DNA of 64,000 nt. It comes from Candidatus Versatilivorator sp. (GTDB lineage Bacteria > Acidobacteriota > Terriglobia > Versatilivoradales > Versatilivoraceae). A program made the position numbers and the translations under genes. The notes under the pieces were generated by a model, which was not told the origin of the DNA, did no database searches, and was given only the letters and a program-made list of their open reading frames with translations. Of the stretch, positions 26,104 through 35,651 are shown piece by piece; positions within the stretch are counted from its first letter, which is position 1, and the number at the start of each line of letters is the position of its first letter. The stretch is from positions 2,496,001-2,560,000 of the forward strand of contig OZ242296.1 of NCBI GenBank assembly GCA_965207735.1. Direction: 5' to 3'.

Positions 26104-27834
26104 CTACACGGCGGCGCGGCTGATGGTCCGGGCCTCCGACATGCGGGTGATCAGCTCGACCCGCCTGATCCTAAGAGGCTTGTCCGAGCCGGGACCCCGG
26201 TAGTTCAGCCGAATGGACACCGGGTTGCGGCCACTCTTGAGGGCCGCGATGGGAACCCGAAACCTCAAGGCCTTGAAATGCATGTCGAAGGGCTTGTCGG
26301 CAGGAAATCCGATCATGCCGTTGCCGGGCAAGGGAGCGATTCGATACCCCACGTTTTCCCAGTTGGCGGCCACATCCACTCCGGAGGGTTCCAGGACCGT
26401 GTCACCCATCGAGACCGTCAAACGATCCCCCGGCTTGGAATAATCCAGCGCCAGCCAGAGCTCGGCTGTCTTGGGCTTGCTGGTCTTGAAGTCGTCGGCC
26501 ACCGGCATGTAAAACGACTTGGCGCCATCGGCCACGTTCAAGTTGAAGGGGACCGGCGCTCCCTTGGAGACCGTGTTGTAGCGCACGTAGTCGGCGCCCG
26601 GGGCCCGGGGACTGGCTTCGAACCGCTGAACGGCCGTGTAGTGCTTGTCCTTCTTCCTCATGCGCTTGGGGTCGGCGATCTCGTTCAGCAGGTGCTTGCG
26701 CCAACTGCCGTATAGATACCAGTTGAAGGTGTAAATGCCGTCGGCTCCGTCTCGCCACAGGTTGGCCGCGCTCCCTCGAATGACCTCGTCCGGGCTGACG
26801 CGGTAGCTGTTTCCATAACTGTAGAGGCTGGGATAGATGGGAAGCCGGCGCGCCTTCATCAGGCCTCGAAACTCATTCAGCGTCGGCAACTCGGTCAATC
26901 CCTGCCCCAGGATCAGCATGTCCGCCAGGTCCTCTTCGATCCACTTCTCGATTTCGAAACCGCCCAGTTGGCACCACTCCAGCTTCTCCGGGATGCGGAC
27001 GGCAATCTCGATGGGACGGCCCCGGCGGCTGGCCTTCTGGTTGAGGCTCTTGCGGATGGCGCGCATGAACTCGGTCAGGTATTTGCCGTTCTCTCGCTCG
27101 GTGCCGCGCTGGAAGTAGAGCGTATGGCGCAGCCAGTCCAACTCGATGCCGTCGAAATCCCAGCGATCGAAAAACTCCTCGGCCACTTTGAGCTTCAGGG
27201 CCCGGACTCTGGGATGGGCGAAGTTCAGGGCCGTCCACCAGTCGAGATCGTCCACCAGCCAGTCGGGATTGATCCGCTTGAAGGTGGGCAGCTCCGGGTT
27301 GGGCAAGGTGCCCTTGGCGTGCTGGCCGTCATGGGTGTCATTCATCCTGAGGGAAACGAAGGCATCCAGGCCTCGCTTGCGGCACTCCTCCACGATCACC
27401 TTGGGAGGATTGTGGCCGGCGTCCGCCAGGCTCTTGGGGTTGAGGTACTGGTCCTTGGGATCGACTTCGATTCCGCCGTGCCAGGTCTTGCTCTCCGGGA
27501 ACTTGAACCGGTCGGCCTCGCCCGGCCACTCCAGCACGTTGCTCTGGTATTCGGCCACGTTGCCGCTGCCGAAGCTGAACATCAGCGTGTCCACGCCGGT
27601 GTTCTCAATCGGATTGAAGACCAGCGAGGTGAACTGCTCCCGCGTGAGGGGGCCATAGGAATGGGGCAGGGCCGTCCGGCCCCAGCAGTGAATCATGGAC
27701 CCGTCCCAATTGAACAGCAGCCGCCGTTTCTTGCCGGAGGCTCCGGCCCGCTTGGGCTTGGGGCCGGCATGCAGCAACTGAGCGAGCCCACCGGCTCCCA
27801 CGATCATGAAGCTTCGTCTGGTTATCGATTGCAT
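26104..27834 (-). CDS. Tat-exported GHL10-like protein, paralog 5
   Basis: TRRSFM Tat motif, FNWDG, SLRMNDTH, DGIELDWLRH, LWRDGADGIYTFNW. Confidence 0.78.
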   Translation of the reverse strand: MQSITRRSFMIVGAGGLAQLLHAGPKPKRAGASGKKRRLLFNWDGSMIHCWGRTALPHSYGPLTREQFTSLVFNPIENTGVDTLMFSFGSGNVAEYQSNVLEWPGEADRFKFPESKTWHGGIEVDPKDQYLNPKSLADAGHNPPKVIVEECRKRGLDAFVSLRMNDTHDGQHAKGTLPNPELPTFKRINPDWLVDDLDWWTALNFAHPRVRALKLKVAEEFFDRWDFDGIELDWLRHTLYFQRGTERENGKYLTEFMRAIRKSLNQKASRRGRPIEIAVRIPEKLEWCQLGGFEIEKWIEEDLADMLILGQGLTELPTLNEFRGLMKARRLPIYPSLYSYGNSYRVSPDEVIRGSAANLWRDGADGIYTFNWYLYGSWRKHLLNEIADPKRMRKKDKHYTAVQRFEASPRAPGADYVRYNTVSKGAPVPFNLNVADGAKSFYMPVADDFKTSKPKTAELWLALDYSKPGDRLTVSMGDTVLEPSGVDVAANWENVGYRIAPLPGNGMIGFPADKPFDMHFKALRFRVPIAALKSGRNPVSIRLNYRGPGSDKPLRIRRVELITRMSEARTISRAAV

Positions 27835-27970
27835 CCTGGTTTCCCCCGGCGATGTGGCTTTATTGGTGAAAGGAACCCTCGAATGATAGCAAGTCGCGGG
27901 CCGAAAAGATAGATCCCAGGAAAGGTTTCCTCCAAGCCGGACCGGAAGCGCCCGAAAGGAGTGATCCCCT

Positions 27971-28171
27971 TCAGATCGATCCCCGGCGTCCTTTGCGAAC
28001 CAGGGAAAGAACCAGATCGAATGCGTACCAGGTGGCCAGAAAAGCCAGACACTCGAGGCTGAAACTTCCGAACTTGTAGAAGATCTCGGCCACGATCAGC
28101 GCTCCGGCGGCCGCGGGGAGCTGTTCCAATGCGATTCGGGAAAGAGGGAGGGAGTGTAACAGGGTATACAT
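27971..28171 (-). CDS. Small hydrophobic membrane protein (66 aa)
   Basis: MYTLLHSLPL..EQLPAAAGALIVAEIFYKFGSFSLECLAFLATW. Two hydrophobic segments. GAGGA upstream on the minus strand. Confidence 0.7.
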   Translation of the reverse strand: MYTLLHSLPLSRIALEQLPAAAGALIVAEIFYKFGSFSLECLAFLATWYAFDLVLSLVRKGRRGSI

Positions 28172-28339
28172 GGCGGATCCGGTTCCTCGTCAGCCCTGGG
28201 CCCGGTAGTGGTCCCCCACGGACCGGGGCCTTCCGGCAACTATCTCCAATGCCAGGGGATGCGGGTTCACGGCTGCATTCGCCGCACCGGCCCCGGCGGT
28301 CAAGACAGCCTATCATAAACCATTGACCGATAAATCGGA

Positions 28340-29359
28340 TCAGTTGCCGGCATTTTGCTCCAGTTGGACCAGCAGGCTGGCGGCCCTGGCGCGTTTTGCC
28401 GGGTCGACGTCCCGGGCGACGATGCGTTGCAGGACCGAGCGGGCCCGGGAGTCGCCGGCTGCACCCAACTCCAGACCCAAGCGGTCCCGCTTCTCGAAAT
28501 AGCTGGGATCGAAAGGTTGGATCTTGAGCGGAAACTTCCGCCAATAGTATTTCAAGGGGCTGTCCGGAGGCCAATCCGCATATACCTGTTCCCAGTTGCG
28601 AACTTCCCTGCCGTGGGGCTCCAGGCTTCCGGGCGCGATGGGTTGGTCGACACTCTGGAACCGGGCGTCCATGGAGAGGCGCAGCCGGTCGCTTCGGTTG
28701 GCGACGCCCTTGTGGACCATCTGGCTGTGAAAAAACAGCACGTCGCCCTGCTCCACCGCGTTGTGTACCCAATCCCCTTCCAGCTTGTCCGTCACTTCCA
28801 TGCCACCGGCGCCCAGCGCGGGGCGGAATTCGTAAATGCCGCCCCGATGGGAACCGGTAGAGAGCTGCAAGCCCCCCATCTCCCCGGCCAGGTCACTCAC
28901 GGGGAACCAGGCCGTGTAGGTCTCCGAGGTCCCCTGAATGGGGACCCAGTCCTGATGCGGCGGGGTGGTGTACTCCACTTTTTGGGGAAAGATGGTCCGC
29001 CCGATCAAACGTGGATGGGGCAGGACCATACCGCCTACCAGCCGCTCCACCACGGCCAGCAGGTCCGGATGGTGCTGGATGGCCTGGAACTGCATGATCG
29101 ACAACACCCGGGTCATGACCTCCATGTAGGGCCGTTCGGGCTCCACACAGAATGCCTTCAGGTTGGCGATGCCTTCCTGACCGGCCCCGTCCTTCACCCA
29201 ACCGACTTCCTCCAGGACCCCGAGCCACTTCAGGCGCAACTCCTCCAGTAGTTCCCGGGGCAACAGGCCTCTGACGTACAGATAGCCATCCCGGTCCATA
29301 CGCCGTCTCAGTTCCGTACCATCGCCGACAATGCCGGTGGAATCCACAAATGGCTTCAC
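28340..29359 (-). CDS. Phytanoyl-CoA dioxygenase (PhyH) family Fe(II)/2OG enzyme
   Basis: RDGYLYVRGLL, TPPHQDW, YTAWFP, GDVLFFHSQMVH and RLSMDARF motifs. Confidence 0.9.
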   Translation of the reverse strand: MKPFVDSTGIVGDGTELRRRMDRDGYLYVRGLLPRELLEELRLKWLGVLEEVGWVKDGAGQEGIANLKAFCVEPERPYMEVMTRVLSIMQFQAIQHHPDLLAVVERLVGGMVLPHPRLIGRTIFPQKVEYTTPPHQDWVPIQGTSETYTAWFPVSDLAGEMGGLQLSTGSHRGGIYEFRPALGAGGMEVTDKLEGDWVHNAVEQGDVLFFHSQMVHKGVANRSDRLRLSMDARFQSVDQPIAPGSLEPHGREVRNWEQVYADWPPDSPLKYYWRKFPLKIQPFDPSYFEKRDRLGLELGAAGDSRARSVLQRIVARDVDPAKRARAASLLVQLEQNAGN

Positions 29360-29379
29360 GAGAGCCTCCGTTGATCAGG

Positions 29380-31356
29380 TTAGTCGGGACCACCCTGCGG
29401 GTGGGTCCCCGGTGTCAGTTCAAACACGCCCATCGAGGTCCCGGCGAAGAGACGAACCGAACCGGAACCGGCCATGGCCAGGGTGTGGAACCGGCCTGCA
29501 GGCAAGCCGCTTGCTCCCTGACCCGGCCCTGCCGACTCCAGGGCCTTCCAGTTGGCCCCTGCGTCCACACTCCTGAAGAGGCCGCGGCGCAGTGCGGCAT
29601 AGAGAACGGAGGGAGCGGAGGGATCGACCAGCAGAGCCCGGACCACCGGGTATGCCGGCAATCCCCGGTTGGCCGCCGACCAGGTCGCGCCTCCGTCGCT
29701 GCTCTTGAACACCCCATCCCCGTAGGAACCGGCGTAGAGAATGGGGGAAGAGGCCGGACCGACCGCCAAAGCGTCGATCATCAGGCCGGGCAGACCTCCG
29801 GCATCGTTCTTCCAGGTCTGGCCTCCGTCGACCGACTTGAACACGCCCGAGCCGTCGGTGGCCGCGTAAAGAGTGCCGGCTGCAACCGGATCCATGGCCA
29901 GAGCCCGCACACTCTTTTCCGTAAGTCCCCGGTTGACCGACTTCCAGGAAGCAGCGTCGTCCTCGGTCTTGAATATACCTGCCCCGTCAACGGCGGCATA
30001 CAGCACCGATGGATTGGAAGGATCCGCCAGCAGCGACCGGATCAGGCTCACCGGCGGCAAGCCTCCTCTGGCCGCGGCCCAACTGGCTCCCCCGTCGGTG
30101 GACTTGAACACGCCTCCGCCAAAGGTGCCTGCATACACCCTTTCGGGGTCGGAAGGATGGATCAGCAGGGTCTCGACCCGGGACTCGGTGAGGCCCTGAT
30201 TGGAGGACTCCCACTTGTGGCCACCGTCCGAACTCTTGAATATCCCGGAACCCAGGGTGCCCGCGTAGGCGAGTTCCGGATTGGCGGGATCGAACGCCAG
30301 GGCCTGCACCTGGACATCGGTCAACCCTTGATTCAAGTGCTTCCAACCGGCTCCCCCGTCGGTGCTCAGGAAAACGCCCGCGCCGGCCGTGCCGGCCAGC
30401 AGGGTGGAGTCGTCCCCGGGAAGTGCGATGAGCGCCGTCACCGGGAACAGATCGGGCAGGCCCCCCTTGATCGCCTCCCACTTTTCGCCCCCGTCAGCGG
30501 TCTTCAGCAATCCCTCGTTGAGGGTGCCGGCAAATGCGGTGGCCGGACCGGACCCGGTCAGGATCAGGCTGAGGACCACGGCCCCTTTCTTGACCCGCTT
30601 CCAGGTTTCGCCGCCGTCCGGGCTCCTGTAGACCATGCCGCCCAGATTGTCGTCGGTGGTGACATAGAGGACCACGGGGTCGGTCGGGTCCACCGCCGCC
30701 GCGGTAATCCAACGATCGTTCAAGCCACTGGGCTTCCAGGTTTGCCCTCCATCCAGGCTCTTGAAAAGACCCTTGCGGTGAGTGCCGGCGTAAAGCGTCC
30801 TCGGCGCCCGCGGATCCATGGCCAGGACTTCCACCCGACTTCCCGTCAAGCCCCGGTTGCTCGCCTTCCAGGTTCTCCCGCCGTTGCTTGTCTTGAACAC
30901 GCCCCCGCCAAAAGTGCCCGCATAGGCGATGGAGGCCTTGCGGGGATCGACCAGCAGGGCCTTGACGGCCCGACCGGGCAACCCGTGAATTCGGGCGTTC
31001 CAGGAGGCGCCCCGGTCGGAACTCCTGAAGACCGAGCCGGCGGCGCTGCCCAGGTAGAGGACGCGAGGATCGGAAGGAGCCACCGCCAGAGCCTCGACGG
31101 GGCTGCCGGACAGCCCCCGGCCGCCGGGTTTCCAGCTGCGGCCTCCATCGCTGCTGGTGAACAGGCTTCCTCGAGTGGTTGCCAGGTAGAGCCTCCGGGA
31201 ATCTTCCGGATCGACAGCCAGGCAGGAGACGTCGGCGCCGAATGGACCCTGGGGCGCCGAAGGCTCGCTCGCCGCCCCAGAGGCAGACGAACTGACGGCC
31301 ATGCTGGTCACGAGTGTGAAAACGCTGATACACGGGAACCTAAAATGATTCATCAT
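29380..31356 (-). CDS. Secreted BNR/Asp-box repeat (Ycf48/Vps10-like beta-propeller) protein
   Basis: Many SxDGGxxW Asp-boxes in ~45 aa repeats (ALAVDP...LYAGT.GGGVFKS.DGG). N-terminal signal peptide. Confidence 0.88.
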   Translation of the reverse strand: MMNHFRFPCISVFTLVTSMAVSSSASGAASEPSAPQGPFGADVSCLAVDPEDSRRLYLATTRGSLFTSSDGGRSWKPGGRGLSGSPVEALAVAPSDPRVLYLGSAAGSVFRSSDRGASWNARIHGLPGRAVKALLVDPRKASIAYAGTFGGGVFKTSNGGRTWKASNRGLTGSRVEVLAMDPRAPRTLYAGTHRKGLFKSLDGGQTWKPSGLNDRWITAAAVDPTDPVVLYVTTDDNLGGMVYRSPDGGETWKRVKKGAVVLSLILTGSGPATAFAGTLNEGLLKTADGGEKWEAIKGGLPDLFPVTALIALPGDDSTLLAGTAGAGVFLSTDGGAGWKHLNQGLTDVQVQALAFDPANPELAYAGTLGSGIFKSSDGGHKWESSNQGLTESRVETLLIHPSDPERVYAGTFGGGVFKSTDGGASWAAARGGLPPVSLIRSLLADPSNPSVLYAAVDGAGIFKTEDDAASWKSVNRGLTEKSVRALAMDPVAAGTLYAATDGSGVFKSVDGGQTWKNDAGGLPGLMIDALAVGPASSPILYAGSYGDGVFKSSDGGATWSAANRGLPAYPVVRALLVDPSAPSVLYAALRRGLFRSVDAGANWKALESAGPGQGASGLPAGRFHTLAMAGSGSVRLFAGTSMGVFELTPGTHPQGGPD

Positions 31357-31599
31357 TCATCACTCATAATTCATCATTCCTTAAGCCGCATTGTACAACA
31401 TCCCGCTGGTAGGCTTGAATGGGGTTTGGGCTTCCTTGGGAATACGCTCTTCGGACACCGCCAATTGCTGCAAATCCTTTACAAATTCTCATTGGGAGTG
31501 GTAAATTTCCTTAAATCAGAGGCAATTGATCTCCTGGCCATGCCGGGAGAACCACTCACCCCGGGTGCACTCCGACTCGGGAAACGGGGGCAAGGGACG

Positions 31600-32931
31600 A
31601 TGCTCACCATCCATGGAAGCCAGCAACGGCTTTGCGACGGGATCCACCGGCGTAACTTCATCAAGATCGGGGCTTTGGGCATGGGGGGACTGTCCATGCC
31701 TCAACTGCTGCGGGCGGAGCGCCAGTCCGGCTTGGGCAAGTCCGGCAAAGCCATCATCATGATCTATCTGCCGGGCGGCCCGCCGCACCAGGACATGTAC
31801 GAGCTCAAGATGGATGCCCCCTCTGAGATTCGCGGGGAGTTCAAGCCCATCCCCACCAACGTCTCCGGCATTCAGATCTGCGAGCATCTCCCCCGGCTGG
31901 CCAAGATCACCGACAAGCTGGTGCTGCTGCGAACCATCGTCGGCGCCAAGGACCGGCACTCCTCCCATCAATGCATGACCGGACGCCTGAATGACGACCC
32001 GCCCCCCGGCGGGTGGCCCGAGATCGGTTCGGTCATTTCCAAGCTGGAAGGGTCCACCCATCCGGCTGTGCCTCCCTACGTGAACCTCACCCCCAAAATG
32101 AGGCACCGGCCCTACAATTTCGGACACCCCAGCTTCCTGGGAGTGGCGCACACCCCATTCCGCCCCGAGGGCGATACCCTCAGGGACATGACCCTTCAAG
32201 GCATCAGCCTGGAGCGGCTGTCGGACCGCCGGGCGCTGCTTCAGAGCTTTGACCGCTTCCGCCGGGATACCGACCGGAGCGGGAGGATGAAAGGTCTGGA
32301 TGCCTTCAACCAGCAGGCCTTCGACGTCCTGACCTCCAGCCGGCTCCTGGAAGCCCTGGATCTGGAGAAGGAAGATCCGCGCATCCGCGAACGCTACGGA
32401 GAGGGAACCGCGCAGCATCAGGGGGACGCCGCCCCACGTCTGATGGGGCAGTTCCTGCTGGCGCGCAGGCTGGTGGAGGCCGGAGTTCGCTGCGTCACCG
32501 TCAGCTTCAGTTTCTGGGATTGGCACGGCGGCAATTTCAAGCGGGGGCGGGACAACCTGCCGCCCTTCGACCAGGGGGTCAGCGCCCTGGTGGAGGACCT
32601 GCATCAACGCGGGTTGGACAAGGACGTCACGGTGATTGCCTGGGGCGAGTTCGGCCGCACTCCCAAGATCAACAAGGATGGGGGGCGGGACCACTGGCCG
32701 CGGGTATCCAGCGCCCTGATGGCGGGCGGGAGCATGCGCACCGGACAGGCGATCGGGACCACCAATCGACTGGGAGAAGAACCCAAGGAGCGCCCGATTC
32801 ACTTCCAGGAAGTCTTCTCCACCCTCTACCACAACCTGGGCATCGACGCCGCCAGGACCCATATCACCGATCTGAACGACCGGCCGCACTTCCTGGTCGA
32901 CGGCTACCGCCCCTTGCCGGAAGTCATTTGA
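31600..32931 (+). CDS. DUF1501 domain protein, Tat signal (paralog 1)
   Basis: RRNFIKIG, GGPPHQDMYELK, ICEHLP, LARRLVEAGVRCV, WDWH, WGEFGRTPKIN..GGRDHWP. Start reassigned to the ATG at 31600. Confidence 0.92.
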   Translation: MLTIHGSQQRLCDGIHRRNFIKIGALGMGGLSMPQLLRAERQSGLGKSGKAIIMIYLPGGPPHQDMYELKMDAPSEIRGEFKPIPTNVSGIQICEHLPRLAKITDKLVLLRTIVGAKDRHSSHQCMTGRLNDDPPPGGWPEIGSVISKLEGSTHPAVPPYVNLTPKMRHRPYNFGHPSFLGVAHTPFRPEGDTLRDMTLQGISLERLSDRRALLQSFDRFRRDTDRSGRMKGLDAFNQQAFDVLTSSRLLEALDLEKEDPRIRERYGEGTAQHQGDAAPRLMGQFLLARRLVEAGVRCVTVSFSFWDWHGGNFKRGRDNLPPFDQGVSALVEDLHQRGLDKDVTVIAWGEFGRTPKINKDGGRDHWPRVSSALMAGGSMRTGQAIGTTNRLGEEPKERPIHFQEVFSTLYHNLGIDAARTHITDLNDRPHFLVDGYRPLPEVI

Positions 32932-32966
32932 CTCCGGTGGGCGATTGAGTGCCGGAGGCTCGGGTT

Positions 32967-33866
32967 TCAGCTCTTGTCGTCCGTCTTCCTTCCATATAAC
33001 ACGTCAATCTCGGCCTTCAGTTGGTCCGCGCTTGCCTGAATCGCCTCGTCGGGGTGCTCCTGCAAGCTGGCGATCGTCAGGTTGAGCGCCTTGTCGGCCT
33101 GGTGCAGGAAGATGGAATAGTTCTTGACCTCGCTCAATCCCTCCCGGCCGAACAGCTTCTGGTTGTCCAGGATACATTGAGCCACCGTCAGAAGCGCCCG
33201 GCTCGGAACCAGCTCCACCGATCCCTCATCCAAGGTCGCGCGGGCCTGGGCCAGGTCCTCCCCCGAGTCCAGAAATCGGGCCAAGGTTCGGGCAATTCCC
33301 TTGGGAAGCTCGACGACTTCGACCTCCTCTTGCTGTTCCGAATCGAGCATCGTGCCGCTCCTCACCTCCTGCAACTGGTCCGGCCCCTGCTCCGAATCGT
33401 CGACCGGCCAGGACGATTCCAGGGCATAGGTGGATTCGGGCGAGTGCCTCTTCAGAAAGCGGTCGCAGGCCTGGTACAGGATCAGCGCCACACTCTTTCG
33501 CTTGCGGTGGTAGTTGAAAGCCATGGAGCGCAGCTTGCCGTACTGCTGGGGATCTGCTTCCATGCCGGCCAGGTAGGCATCGGCAATGTTGCGGAACCCA
33601 TCGCTCTGGCCGGCCAGCAGGACGATGTTCAGAAGCCGGGCTTTGGCGGCCTGTTCACTCTTGGGAAACCGCGTCTGCAGAGCCCCCGAGGAATCGAGCG
33701 CCTTTTCGTAACGCCCGTCCGCCACGGCTTTCTTAACCTCGGAAAAAAGATATTCCGGGGTGTTCCTGTCGACCTGAGACTCCTGGCTGCAGCCGGCGGC
33801 CGCCAGACAGACGATGGCGATCAGACTGGCACTGAGGCACGGGTGGAAAGATGTAGGAACTCTCAT
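32967..33866 (-). CDS. Putative lipoprotein, helical/TPR-like
   Basis: Lipobox-like LAAAGC. TPR-like YEKAL...RFPKSEQA segment. Confidence 0.7.
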   Translation of the reverse strand: MRVPTSFHPCLSASLIAIVCLAAAGCSQESQVDRNTPEYLFSEVKKAVADGRYEKALDSSGALQTRFPKSEQAAKARLLNIVLLAGQSDGFRNIADAYLAGMEADPQQYGKLRSMAFNYHRKRKSVALILYQACDRFLKRHSPESTYALESSWPVDDSEQGPDQLQEVRSGTMLDSEQQEEVEVVELPKGIARTLARFLDSGEDLAQARATLDEGSVELVPSRALLTVAQCILDNQKLFGREGLSEVKNYSIFLHQADKALNLTIASLQEHPDEAIQASADQLKAEIDVLYGRKTDDKS

Positions 33867-34291
33867 TGGTCAACTCCTTCCATAACGGCTTGGGATGAGC
33901 CTCTGCCGGTTCCATGAAGCGCATCAGGTGAAATCGACAGGGCTGGAGGCTGTTCAGACTGTGCCGGCATGCGAACCCTCGAAGACGCCGAGGGAAACCC
34001 GTAGTACTGGCAAAATGCTGAAAATACACTATTTTCCGTCCACGACCAGCGATCCGCCGAGAAAATGCGGGCCAAGTCCAAGAGCCGGAAACTACCCCGC
34101 CCCGGGGTGCCTGACGTAAAAGCTGAACGGATGTTGAAACGATGTGAAAGGATTCTGACGGATTCCGGTAGCCGCGTCAACCCTTGGCGGGGCATTTGGT
34201 ATCTTTACACTTCCGAGTCGGAAGTGATACATTACCGGGCACTGTATACATTGGTTTGGATCAGGTAATCGTCTGGGGGAGGCTGAGAGCG

Positions 34292-35632
34292 ATGTTGACC
34301 ATATACGGGCAAGGTCATTCGATGTGCGACGGCATGTCGCGGCGAAATTTTATCCAGATCGGCGCGCTGGGAATGGGTGGACTGACCATGCCCCAGCTGC
34401 TCCAGGCGGAAAAGCAGTCCGGCCTGGGCCGGTCCGGCAAAGCCATCATCATGATTTACATGCCCGGCGGCCCCCCGCACCAGGACATGTACGAACTCAA
34501 GCCGGACGCCCCCTCGGAGATCCGCGGCGAATTTCAGGCCATCAAGACCAAAGTCCCGGGAATCCATGTCTGCCAGCACCTGCCTCGCCTGGCCAGGATC
34601 ATGGACAAGCTGGTGCTGGTTCGAACCGTGGTCGGAGCCGAAAATTCCCACTCCTCCTACCAGTGCATGACCGGGCGCATCAGCGGCCGCAGGGGCAATC
34701 CTCCTCCGGGAGGCTGGCCGGAACTGGGATCGGTTCTCTCCAAGCTGAAGGGTCCCACCGATCCGGCCATTCCGCCCTACGTCAACCTGTCCCACAAGTC
34801 CCGCCACGGCGAGTACAACTTCGGTCGACCCAGTTTCCTGGGTGTGGCCCACACTCCCTTCAAGCCGCAGGGGGACATCAGAAACGACATGACCCTGAAT
34901 GGGGTCAGCCTGGAACGGCTTTCGGACCGCAGGCAGTTGCTGCAGAGCTTCGACCGGTTCCGCCGCGACGTGGACCGGACCGGTTTGATGGAGGGTCTGG
35001 ACAGCTTCCAGGAGCAGGCATTCGATGTCTTGACCTCCAGCCGGCTGCTCAAGGCCCTGGATGTCGAGCAGGAAAGCTCCAAGCTCCGCGACCGCTACGG
35101 CAGAGGCTCCCCCAAGCTGGAACGAGACGCGGCTCCCATGCACATGGACCAGTTCGTGGTGGCTCGCCGGTTGGTGGAGGCGGGTGTCCGCTGCGTGACG
35201 GTGAGCTTCGGGTATTGGGACTGGCACAGCGACAATTTCAAGAATGGGCGCTACTACCTCCCGGCCTTCGACCAGGGAGTCAGCGCCCTGGTGGAAGACC
35301 TCCATCAGCGAGGACTCGACAAGGATGTTTCGGTCATTGCCTGGGGTGAGTTCGGCCGCACTCCCAAGGTCAACAAGGATGCCGGCCGCGACCACTGGCC
35401 GCGCAACTCCTGCGCCCTGATGGCCGGAGGCGGCATGAGAGCCGGCCAGGCCATCGGTTCCACCAACCGACTGGGCGAGGAACCCAAGGAAAGACCGGTC
35501 CACGTTCAGGAGATCTTCGCCACGCTCTACCACAATCTGGGCATCGACGCCAACAAGACTCACATTACCGATCTTGCCGACCGCCCCCATTACCTGGTCG
35601 ACGGCCACATGCCCATGCCGGAAGTGATCTGA
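34292..35632 (+). CDS. DUF1501 domain protein, Tat signal (paralog 2)
   Basis: SRRNFIQIG and the same DUF1501 motifs as 31600-32931. GGAGG RBS upstream. Confidence 0.92.
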   Translation: MLTIYGQGHSMCDGMSRRNFIQIGALGMGGLTMPQLLQAEKQSGLGRSGKAIIMIYMPGGPPHQDMYELKPDAPSEIRGEFQAIKTKVPGIHVCQHLPRLARIMDKLVLVRTVVGAENSHSSYQCMTGRISGRRGNPPPGGWPELGSVLSKLKGPTDPAIPPYVNLSHKSRHGEYNFGRPSFLGVAHTPFKPQGDIRNDMTLNGVSLERLSDRRQLLQSFDRFRRDVDRTGLMEGLDSFQEQAFDVLTSSRLLKALDVEQESSKLRDRYGRGSPKLERDAAPMHMDQFVVARRLVEAGVRCVTVSFGYWDWHSDNFKNGRYYLPAFDQGVSALVEDLHQRGLDKDVSVIAWGEFGRTPKVNKDAGRDHWPRNSCALMAGGGMRAGQAIGSTNRLGEEPKERPVHVQEIFATLYHNLGIDANKTHITDLADRPHYLVDGHMPMPEVI

Positions 35633-35651
35633 TTACAAAGGTGGGTTAGCA

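Noticed and set aside
29350-31599. 1193 aa ORF fusing a long N-terminal region to DUF1501
   Set aside because: The first 750 codons are mostly the antisense shadow of the BNR-repeat gene. The real DUF1501 start, with its Tat motif, is at 31600.
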